From IMG/VR virus record IMGVR_UViG_3300045988_073964, positions 1 to 45,829 of that record: DNA of 45,829 nt, one strand, 5' to 3'. How positions within the stretch are numbered: position 1 is the stretch's first letter; every line of letters begins with the position of its first letter. The notes under the pieces were generated by a model that saw nothing but the letters and a program-made list of their open reading frames with translations, did no database searches and was not told the origin of the DNA. Below, piece by piece: positions 30,448-39,328 of the stretch. Origin of the DNA: a virus. The position numbers and the translations under genes were made by a program.

Positions 30448-32553
30448 ATGAAAATTACAGGCTATCAGCAGAGTATAGATACAGGCGGCACAGCGCAGGC
30501 GACTGTAAAAACCGTTGGCAATACGCTTGCCTATGGAACTGACGGCAGCGGTCTTACCGCTATGTCAAAGGCCGCAGGACAATGGGCAGCGGCTATTGAA
30601 CAGCAGCATGAGAACGAGGACAAAGAAAATATACTGAACGCTATGGACATTTTCAATAAGAGCCGCTATAACATCATGTACAACGAGGAAAGCGGCTTGA
30701 TGAATACGAAGCTGGAAGGCAGCGCCGGTATTGGGCAGAGCTATTCTGAGCAGATTGACAAGGCACGCGCGGACGTGCTGGGTAATATCAAATTGCATAG
30801 CAGAAAGAATCAGCTTGCGCTTGACCATCTCATGTATAACAGTGCGCGTGAAGGCTTTCAGACCGTCGACCGCTGGCAGACCAAACAGCATGAGGCGGTA
30901 ATTGATTTGCGGTATGGCAATAATATGCAGAATTACACGGAGTTTGCACAAAAGAATTGGAGTGACGGGCAATTACTGGATAATGCTATTCAAGGAGCAA
31001 AGCTTACTACTGATATGATTTACGGCAAGCGCGGTAAGGAATTTGTCGAAGCGAAAACCAGAGAAAGTGTGGGCGCTATTGTAGCTGGCGCGGTGGACGC
31101 AAGTATTACGCACGGTGATTACAATAATTCGCGAAAGCTGTTAGACCAATACGGTAGTTTGTTAAATGCTAATCAACGTGCGGCGTTTGAAAAAGCGATT
31201 TACACAAAAGAAGAAGGAGCTTTTGAAAGCGACTTAGCAAAAAGACTAGCTGGGCAATACGGTGACGATGAAGAAGCAGTTCGGGCGGCACTTGCAAAAG
31301 AATATGCTTATTCCGGCAATGAGGGTAACGGCAACATTGAACAGCAAGCGGAAGGTACAAGCTGGGTGCGCAACAGCGGCGTATCTTTCGAGGGTGTTAA
31401 GCCACAGGTGACAACGGGCCTTTCGGATATAGCGAAGCAATTTCAGGATATGAGCGGCACACAGCTTATCGTTACCAGCGGCACGGATAGCACAAATATT
31501 CATGCGGCAGGAGCGCACAGTCACGGTGCAGGCGTAAAGCTTGATGTTGCAGCGGACTGGCTAGAGAACGCAGACAACCGCAGAAAATACATTTCTTATC
31601 TGGAAAGCAAAGGTATAAAAGTGTTAGACGAATATTCTAATCCGTCGCCGAACTCTACAGGCGGACATCTTGATTTAGATTTCACAGATTACAAAGGTGG
31701 CGGCGGCGCACAGAAAAGGCTTTTGAATCACGACGAGCAGGAGCGTATTCTCCAAGATTACAGGCGCGAGGTTGCGGCTAACAAACGAATTAAGCAGTAT
31801 CAGGAGACACAGCTTTATAATACTATTAAGCAGGATATTTTCGGTATGCTGCAAAACGGCACAAGTTTAAGTGATGCTATAGCGTGGGCAGAAGCGCAGG
31901 CAGGAAGTGACGTTGACAGGTATGTCAGCTATACGAACGCCGTAAAATCTATCTATGGCGCAGGCGGCAACAGCACAAGCGGCAGCAGAGGTGAAAAACT
32001 GGGGTCTATTGGCAAAGATGCACTTTTAGATATGCTGGGTTCTGGTGCTTTTACGGGCAAGAACAAAGCGTATTTTATGGCATATGCTGCTAATCACGGC
32101 GCAACAAACAAGGAAATGGACGCACTAGATAAAGGCTGGGATGACTGGTTGAACGGTGCAGGACAGTTTGCTTATAACTGGAATAACCTTGCAAAGTCTG
32201 TAATGGGCAAAAATAACGACGCAAATATAAAAGCAGGATTGATAAAAGGCGGCAAGAATTTTGTGCGCGTTTATCGCGAGCAGCACAAAGGAATGAATCC
32301 TGACGAATCATTGATTTTGGAGCAAATGAACAAAGACATTACGGACAAAGTTTGGGGCAGTTATTCCCAACATCGCGACTGGCTGCCTGATATTAATTTC
32401 CAGATAAAGGGCAATAATGCTTTAATGTATGCGGCTGGTATCGCTAGTGTCGAAAAGGTTGGCGACGATTGGTATCACGTAGTCTGGGCAGATGGCACGG
32501 ACGGCAATATCAACGGCGGTTATTTAGACGAACTGATTAACGGGGGACATTGA
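30448..32553 (+). CDS. Internal virion/ejection protein with a peptidase M15-like (zinc D-Ala-D-Ala carboxypeptidase fold) domain
   Basis: TSGTDSTNIHAAGAHSHGAGVKLDV ... GGHLDLDF (H..D...H metal-ligand pattern). Confidence 0.6.
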   Translation: MKITGYQQSIDTGGTAQATVKTVGNTLAYGTDGSGLTAMSKAAGQWAAAIEQQHENEDKENILNAMDIFNKSRYNIMYNEESGLMNTKLEGSAGIGQSYSEQIDKARADVLGNIKLHSRKNQLALDHLMYNSAREGFQTVDRWQTKQHEAVIDLRYGNNMQNYTEFAQKNWSDGQLLDNAIQGAKLTTDMIYGKRGKEFVEAKTRESVGAIVAGAVDASITHGDYNNSRKLLDQYGSLLNANQRAAFEKAIYTKEEGAFESDLAKRLAGQYGDDEEAVRAALAKEYAYSGNEGNGNIEQQAEGTSWVRNSGVSFEGVKPQVTTGLSDIAKQFQDMSGTQLIVTSGTDSTNIHAAGAHSHGAGVKLDVAADWLENADNRRKYISYLESKGIKVLDEYSNPSPNSTGGHLDLDFTDYKGGGGAQKRLLNHDEQERILQDYRREVAANKRIKQYQETQLYNTIKQDIFGMLQNGTSLSDAIAWAEAQAGSDVDRYVSYTNAVKSIYGAGGNSTSGSRGEKLGSIGKDALLDMLGSGAFTGKNKAYFMAYAANHGATNKEMDALDKGWDDWLNGAGQFAYNWNNLAKSVMGKNNDANIKAGLIKGGKNFVRVYREQHKGMNPDESLILEQMNKDITDKVWGSYSQHRDWLPDINFQIKGNNALMYAAGIASVEKVGDDWYHVVWADGTDGNINGGYLDELINGGH

Positions 32554-32554
32554 T

Positions 32555-35500
32555 ATGGAACTAGCAGAATTAGATAAAGAATTTAATCAAAGAGTACAAG
32601 AAAAGCAAAATTGGTATAATGGCGGGTACGCAAGAGACGTACAGAGCAATTTAACACCGCCGGAAGTGTTTGGCTTTATTGAAGAGCAAAAAACGGCTCA
32701 GCAGGAAGCAGCAGAAACACGAGGTTTTGGCACAGCGATGCTGAACGGTGTAAAAGGCAGTGTTCGCGGACTTTTAGGCGCTGCTAAGGCATTGGTAGAT
32801 TCTAATATCGCGGAGCATGAAAGGGAAGACCCTAACTACCGTCCATACGGAGATTTCAGCGGCACTTTGCAGACTGGCATAGATTACTTACAGCGCGAAG
32901 AAGTGAAGGCTGACAGCGCTGCAGGGCAGCTCGTGTATGACTTGACGGAGGGCGCAGTGCAGCTTGCGATGCAGGCGGCAGTAACAGCCGCTACGGGCGG
33001 CACAGCTGGCGCTGTATATATGGGCGCTAATATTGCCGGCGACCAATATATAGAGCTACGTAAAGAGGGTGTTGACGCAGAGAGGGCTGCGCTAGCAGGC
33101 TTGATGAACGCTCCTTTTCAGGCCGCACTTGAAAAAATTGGTATGGGCAAAATCATGGCGAAGCTGCCAGCAGGCTCAGGATTAAAAAAGAAGCTGGGCG
33201 AAGTCTTAAAAGCTAGTCTTGAAGAAGGCGTTACCGAAGGCCTGCAAGAATTACCGGAACAGGTTACAAATATCTGGGCGAAGGACAAAAATGCCACGGC
33301 GGAAAGCATGGCGGCGAAATGGGGCGAGAACTGGGAGCAGAATGTCAAAGAAGCAGGGTATAGTGCGTTGCTTGGCGGCATTCTTGGCGGCAGCGCTAAG
33401 GGATTGCATATAATAGCTAATAGTGTTGGGCGTAAGGTTGGCGAAAAAGTAACCGAAGTAAAAAAAGAGCAGCTTGTAGCTGATGCAGAGCGCGTAGCTA
33501 AGAGCGGAGTGAACCCTGAATACGCCGCTGCGCTCATTGATGCTAATAGTCAAGGCGAGACTGTAACCGTGCAGGCTGCTGACCTGAACGCATTTAAACA
33601 GCAGACCAACGGTGCGAAGTTGATGGAAACGCTGGGCGTGACGGAAGAACAGATTGAGCAGGCGACCGAGAACGGGCAGGATATTGATATTAGCAGAGGA
33701 CGCTTTACTGCCGCTATGGTTGAACATAAGGGCCTGTATGAAGCGACTAAGGATAGCATGATTTTCGACATTGACGGCGACCTGTCTACAAATGCCGCAG
33801 AGAATTTCAAGACGCTGAAAGCTGATACGAAAGTATCGGATGAGCAGATGCAACAGTTGGATTTAGAGGTTAAGAATGTTGTTGATAGCGCGATTGCCGC
33901 AGGCATGAACAAGGCTCACGCCGAGAATTTGCAGCTCATGCTTGAAAGCAGGGCGATTATTGCTAGTCCTGAAAATCCTGCTGCGTGGCTGCAAAAAAAC
34001 AAACTGCGGTTTGAAAATGGTGGAAAGAAGCCACTTAAAAGCGGTTGGTTTAGCCAAAGCGGTAAGCTGAATACCGACAAATTTTTTACTACTCAAATTA
34101 CAGGTAATGAATTGGGTAGTTATCGTGATTTAAAAGATTTGCGTTCTAAAGCGATAAATTGGTATAGAACAAATTTGCAGGGGCAGAAAGTAAAAAATAG
34201 CGTATTAGGTGAAATTAGAATAGGCAAGGGTTTTTCTGAAAATGACGTTGGACTTACTGGCAGCGGCAGACGCAAAATGTCTTCTACCAGCGCTAAGGCT
34301 GAAAAACTGCTTGCTGTGCGTTACCTTAAAGAAATTATTGAGGGCGGCAATTTTGTAACTGAAGCTGCTGCGCATAAAGAAAAACATTCAGGAGAGAATT
34401 TTTATTATATTCATTCTCTACTGAATGTGAATGGCGAAAATCGTTATGTAGTTGTAACCGTGAGAGAATTAAACAATAAAGAGCTTGTTTATTACAATCA
34501 CAATGTGTTTACTGAAAATGAGTATAAAAAAACAGAGGACGCGCTTAGGCCCTCGGATTCTGCAATTTCAAATGCGGGCCAGTATCCTAAGCAACAATCC
34601 TCTTTTAAAGATAGTGTAACACAAAAAGCGGACGTTTACAAGTCGCAAACGATAATAAACGGCACACTAAAGGATAAAGGCATGATTTCTCCGATGGAAA
34701 ACGGAGACTATATTATCACTTTATTCAAGGACGCAGACGCAAGTACGGTTATCCACGAGACAGGTCATTACTTTGTCGATACAATGATTAACGAGGCTAT
34801 TGCAGACCCTAGTAATACTAGATTGGTTAAAGACGCAAAAATACTGTTAGAGTACGGCGGTATGACGCTGGAACAATGGAAGAGTTCTAGTCTTGAAGAA
34901 AAGCGCGCTGCCCACGAGAAACTTGCAGAAGGCTTTGAAACCTACATCATGGAGGGTAAAGCGCCTAGCGCTGGACTGCGCAAGGCCTTTCAACGATTTG
35001 CAAAATGGCTGACGGCTATTTACTCTAAAATTGCACGCAACGAAAATGCTGCGGACATCAACGACGATGTGCGTGGAGTATTCGACCGTATGCTAGCAAG
35101 TCAAGAAGAAATAGAGATGCAGGCTAAGTTAAACGGTATGTTTAACGAATTGCCGTCGGAACTTACTAGCAAGCTGCCGCCAGAAGCTAAAAATGCCTTG
35201 CTGGATAAAATAAGCAAGGCGAAGGATAAGGCTGTAGATATTCTCACAAGGGAGATGATGAAAAATTTCAACGCAGAGCGCAGGGCCGCCAAGGCTGCGT
35301 ATATTGCAGAAATTACGCCTGAGATTGAAGAGCTTATTCATCGCGATAAGGTTAATCAAGGCAGGGACTTATTGGCGTACCATTTCGGCGGGGAAAAGGA
35401 AAAGAACAATCCGTATTTTAAAGATGAGAACGGCAAAGCTCATGCTAACAAGCCTATTAAAGTACACAGAGATGCCAATCCATCTATCATTGCGCGTAAA

Positions 35501-38500
35501 TACCGCCACGCTATTGGCAGCGTCTTGCCCAACTACAACGACGTGCTGCAAGATACCAGAGCAGCTATCAATGACAGGCTGAATCCCATTATCGAAGATT
35601 TGAAAAATAGCATTGTTGAATACAACGAAAGTCTTAGAGACGCGTGGGCGCAGGGTGGTGCAGAAGGATACTGGACGCTTGAAGGCAAAAGCATAGACCC
35701 TACAATCATCAAAGACTATGTGAAAGCTAACGGCGGAAAGTACGATGATAACGTTAGGGCAAAACTTGAAAGAGACGGCTATGTGTTTCATCCGGCAGAC
35801 GAAGAAGTGTCGGGCGGCAACTGGTACAGGAATTATGTAGAGGAAAACGGTAAAAAGAAACTTTCAAACAAAGAACTCGAAAGAATTGCACGAGATATTT
35901 ATTCTGGCAATGATTATTATGAGTATGACCCCGAAGCAAAAATGTATGAGGGAAACCCAGAATACGAAGCAGAGATACAAAACAAAAAGGCCGAACTGGA
36001 TGAACTGTATAGACTCAAAGAGAAGCTTGAAAAAACGCCCGAAGGTGTAGACCTTGTGGAGATGTCCAAGCGCAGCGCTTTGTCCGATGAGCAACGTGTA
36101 CTGTTTGAAACCATTGCTGAGGAAGTCGGGTATTCCAGCGGTGATGAAATGGCGCAGGATATTTTAAGTAAACCGTCAGAACGTCAGATGGTGCGTAACT
36201 TTGTCAACGAAGCAGTACAGGCACGTTTTCCTGATATTTACGCAGAGCGTGCGCTGACGGAAGAGAAAGCGCGTGAAGCATTGTACAACGACGAAAGCGG
36301 CGAGGTTATTGCGCTTGAGCAGCAGCTTATCGAAAGCTACTTAGATGAAGCCGTTGGCCGTCAGGAGCGCAAGCAGGAACGCATGAATATGGCTAAAGCT
36401 ATGAAGCAAAGAGCAGAGGTTGCTGCTAAAAATATTATTCAAAGTATGACTGTTGATGATATTATTAAAGGCAATGGCAGGAAGTTTATGCTGGCTGAAC
36501 GCAGGGCAGCGGCGAACGCCGTTAAAGCTATCAAAGACGGTGATATGGATGCAGCTATGGAATATAAGCGCCAGCAGCTTATTAACCATGAGTTGTACCG
36601 TCAAGCTTTGCAAGTGCGCGGAAAAGTTAAAAGTGCGCAGCGTTTTATTCGGAAAATGGCCAACATGAAGAAAGAAAATTTCGGAACGCAGCAGCATTTC
36701 AACCAGATAGCAAGTCTTTTGGAGCGCATGGGTATTAAACGCAGAGGCTACGACAGAGCAGGAGATAATCAGTTCTTGCTAGCCTATGTCGAAGAAATGC
36801 GTAGCAAATGCGGTGAAATTGTCGATATTCCGGAGTTCGTGCTGAATGAAAGCAATGACATATCCAGTCCGTCGAATCTGCTTTTCTCGCAGTATCAGGA
36901 CGTTATCAACGCTATGAAGAATATTTATGCTATTGCCAAATATGACACGAGAATGAGCAAGATGAGCAAAGAGCAAACCTTTGCTGAAACTAAGCGCGAC
37001 ATTATGGAGCATCTGCGAGAGCTTGACGACGTATATACTCCGCGTATGGGCGGCGATAGGAAGAAAGGCTTTATTAAAGGCTTTACAGACAGCATAAAGG
37101 ACTATAGAAATGTTTTGCGAAACGCTGACAACTTCTACCTTGCTATGGATAATTGGACGGACGGATATTTCACGAAAAACTGGTACGACACACTCAGCCA
37201 TTGCGCGGATGCAGAAGCTACTATGACGTTGGAATATCAGGACAAATTAGCTACAGCCTTGAAGAAATGGGAGCCGGATAAAGCGACGGCAAAAGCGCAT
37301 GACGCTGATGTGTATTACGAAGAACTCGGAACCAGTACCGACAAAAATACACTTGTCACTATGCTTTGCAATTTGGGCAATGAGGGCAATAAGAATCGCT
37401 TGTGCAGCACGCCGCCAGAGGGAGCAAAAAACTCTAAGTTGTGGGTTAAGGAGTCAGCGCTTGTCTCTAAAGAGCAGGCTATCGAAATGACACACCAGAA
37501 CATTGTAGAGTTTTTGAGCAAATATTTGACTAAGGCTGATGTTGAATATGCGCAGGCGCGTATAGATGCAGCAAATGCCTACTATCCGCAAATCAGGGAT
37601 TTAAATATCCGCGCTAAAGGCTTTGCCCCACCGGCAGTAGATGCTACGCCGATGACGATGAAGCTTGCTGACGGAAGTGTGGTTTTGTTCAAAGGCGGCT
37701 ATTTCCCACTCGTGCGCGACAGCAGAATGGGCAGTGCGCCGAACGGACAGAACAGGCTCAGCGCTACGGATGAATATCCGGGCGCAGGTATTAGCACGAT
37801 GCGGACAGATGCTGCCAGCAGCAAGGGACGTATTGGCGGCAACTATCCGGTTAAATTAGACCGTGGCTGTGAGATTACGCCTATTATGGATACTATCCAT
37901 GATATTTGCTATCGTGAAGCTATGATGGACTTCCGCAAGATTTTGAACGATGCAGAGATTTTTGCAGAGCTTAAAACTAAGCTTGGTGAGCAGAATGTGC
38001 GTCTGCTGCGTGAACAACTGGAAGCGTGCGCTAATCCGTACAGCAACAAGCAGGCTGCGCAGGCCGAAAAAATATTCTCTAAGACAGCGGACATCTTGCG
38101 CAGGACGGCTACGAACGGCGCTATCATGTTAAACTTAAAGACCGCGGCGCAGAACTTCAGCAACATCTTGCTATACGGAAACAGCGTTGAAGGATTTACG
38201 CACGCAGATGCTTTCCGCGCTATGTCACGTGCGTTCAGCGTACAGGGCAGAGCTGATGTTGATGCTATCTGCCGCAAGAGCGCCTTTATGCGTGAGCGCA
38301 TGGAAACGCCAGACGTGGCCTTGAATGACATAAAGAACCGCAAGGATTTGAATGTTGTTGAACGCAACACGTTGAAGTACGGCGCTAGGCTGCTTGGCTA
38401 CACTGATATGCTGACAGCGAAGCCGGTATTCGCAGAGGCCTACATGAAGAAAATCAACGAAGGTGCAAGCGAACAGGCAGCAATAGACTTTGCTAACCGT

Positions 38501-39196
38501 GTTGTTCGTCGCACGCTGGGCAGCAGCAGAATGCAGGACGTATCAAGCTTGCAGCGTGGCAGCAAATTGTTTAGACTCTTTACGATGTTTCAGGGCTTCT
38601 TCAATACGCAGTTTAACCAGTGGGATAGAGAATATCACATCGTGCGTAAGCTGTGGAACGACGGCGAAAAGAAAGAGATGATAGAACGCCTAATAGCTTT
38701 TGTCAGCGCTAAATTCTTGGGCGCGTGCCTGATGAACGTTGCGATAGCAGAGCTTTCCTTAACAGCGCCTTTTGAAAAGGATAAGGACGGCTATCGTAAA
38801 ATCAGCAAAGAGCTGCTTAACTATCCTATTTCTATGGGTGGACCTATCGGACAATTCTCGAACGTTGCCTTGCAGAATTTGCTCGGCATGAGAAACTACG
38901 GCTATCGCCTGACAGCTACACAAGGTCTGTTAGATAAAGGCCTAACGGTTGCACATCGTGCTGGCGACGCTGCTAGAGGCGAGAAGGACGCAAGCACTTT
39001 GCTTGAGCCTGCTGCTTATACGATTGGCGCGGCATTCGGCGTTCCGGGCGGCGTATTTAACCTGATATTCAACGGCATTGATATTTACGACGGTACTATG
39101 GATGCAGAACTTGCGGACATTATGGGCCGTCGTCCGAAGAATGAGCGCAAGCCAGAAGAACAGCTTGAACTTGAAAAGGAGAGAGAAAAATACTAA
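32555..39196 (+). CDS. Giant (2213 aa) internal virion / DNA-ejection polyvalent protein with a zincin HExxH motif
   Basis: Single uninterrupted ORF. VIHETGHYF at 34754..34768. The N-terminus is Ala/Gly-rich and helical. Its position is equivalent to T7 gp16. Confidence 0.8.
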   Translation: MELAELDKEFNQRVQEKQNWYNGGYARDVQSNLTPPEVFGFIEEQKTAQQEAAETRGFGTAMLNGVKGSVRGLLGAAKALVDSNIAEHEREDPNYRPYGDFSGTLQTGIDYLQREEVKADSAAGQLVYDLTEGAVQLAMQAAVTAATGGTAGAVYMGANIAGDQYIELRKEGVDAERAALAGLMNAPFQAALEKIGMGKIMAKLPAGSGLKKKLGEVLKASLEEGVTEGLQELPEQVTNIWAKDKNATAESMAAKWGENWEQNVKEAGYSALLGGILGGSAKGLHIIANSVGRKVGEKVTEVKKEQLVADAERVAKSGVNPEYAAALIDANSQGETVTVQAADLNAFKQQTNGAKLMETLGVTEEQIEQATENGQDIDISRGRFTAAMVEHKGLYEATKDSMIFDIDGDLSTNAAENFKTLKADTKVSDEQMQQLDLEVKNVVDSAIAAGMNKAHAENLQLMLESRAIIASPENPAAWLQKNKLRFENGGKKPLKSGWFSQSGKLNTDKFFTTQITGNELGSYRDLKDLRSKAINWYRTNLQGQKVKNSVLGEIRIGKGFSENDVGLTGSGRRKMSSTSAKAEKLLAVRYLKEIIEGGNFVTEAAAHKEKHSGENFYYIHSLLNVNGENRYVVVTVRELNNKELVYYNHNVFTENEYKKTEDALRPSDSAISNAGQYPKQQSSFKDSVTQKADVYKSQTIINGTLKDKGMISPMENGDYIITLFKDADASTVIHETGHYFVDTMINEAIADPSNTRLVKDAKILLEYGGMTLEQWKSSSLEEKRAAHEKLAEGFETYIMEGKAPSAGLRKAFQRFAKWLTAIYSKIARNENAADINDDVRGVFDRMLASQEEIEMQAKLNGMFNELPSELTSKLPPEAKNALLDKISKAKDKAVDILTREMMKNFNAERRAAKAAYIAEITPEIEELIHRDKVNQGRDLLAYHFGGEKEKNNPYFKDENGKAHANKPIKVHRDANPSIIARKYRHAIGSVLPNYNDVLQDTRAAINDRLNPIIEDLKNSIVEYNESLRDAWAQGGAEGYWTLEGKSIDPTIIKDYVKANGGKYDDNVRAKLERDGYVFHPADEEVSGGNWYRNYVEENGKKKLSNKELERIARDIYSGNDYYEYDPEAKMYEGNPEYEAEIQNKKAELDELYRLKEKLEKTPEGVDLVEMSKRSALSDEQRVLFETIAEEVGYSSGDEMAQDILSKPSERQMVRNFVNEAVQARFPDIYAERALTEEKAREALYNDESGEVIALEQQLIESYLDEAVGRQERKQERMNMAKAMKQRAEVAAKNIIQSMTVDDIIKGNGRKFMLAERRAAANAVKAIKDGDMDAAMEYKRQQLINHELYRQALQVRGKVKSAQRFIRKMANMKKENFGTQQHFNQIASLLERMGIKRRGYDRAGDNQFLLAYVEEMRSKCGEIVDIPEFVLNESNDISSPSNLLFSQYQDVINAMKNIYAIAKYDTRMSKMSKEQTFAETKRDIMEHLRELDDVYTPRMGGDRKKGFIKGFTDSIKDYRNVLRNADNFYLAMDNWTDGYFTKNWYDTLSHCADAEATMTLEYQDKLATALKKWEPDKATAKAHDADVYYEELGTSTDKNTLVTMLCNLGNEGNKNRLCSTPPEGAKNSKLWVKESALVSKEQAIEMTHQNIVEFLSKYLTKADVEYAQARIDAANAYYPQIRDLNIRAKGFAPPAVDATPMTMKLADGSVVLFKGGYFPLVRDSRMGSAPNGQNRLSATDEYPGAGISTMRTDAASSKGRIGGNYPVKLDRGCEITPIMDTIHDICYREAMMDFRKILNDAEIFAELKTKLGEQNVRLLREQLEACANPYSNKQAAQAEKIFSKTADILRRTATNGAIMLNLKTAAQNFSNILLYGNSVEGFTHADAFRAMSRAFSVQGRADVDAICRKSAFMRERMETPDVALNDIKNRKDLNVVERNTLKYGARLLGYTDMLTAKPVFAEAYMKKINEGASEQAAIDFANRVVRRTLGSSRMQDVSSLQRGSKLFRLFTMFQGFFNTQFNQWDREYHIVRKLWNDGEKKEMIERLIAFVSAKFLGACLMNVAIAELSLTAPFEKDKDGYRKISKELLNYPISMGGPIGQFSNVALQNLLGMRNYGYRLTATQGLLDKGLTVAHRAGDAARGEKDASTLLEPAAYTIGAAFGVPGGVFNLIFNGIDIYDGTMDAELADIMGRRPKNERKPEEQLELEKEREKY

Positions 39197-39266
39197 AAGA
39201 TTTCACAAATACTCATTGATAAAGTGAGCAAAATTATGTGCTAAAATTAAAGAAAGTAAATCATTT

Positions 39267-39302
39267 AACGTCTATCTTTTTTTAGATAGACGTTTTCTTT
39301 TT
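39267..39302 (+). terminator. Rho-independent terminator
   Basis: aacgtctatc/gatagacgtt stem followed by a T-rich run. Confidence 0.75.
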
Positions 39303-39328
39303 ATGAATCAATGAAAGGGGCTGTTATT

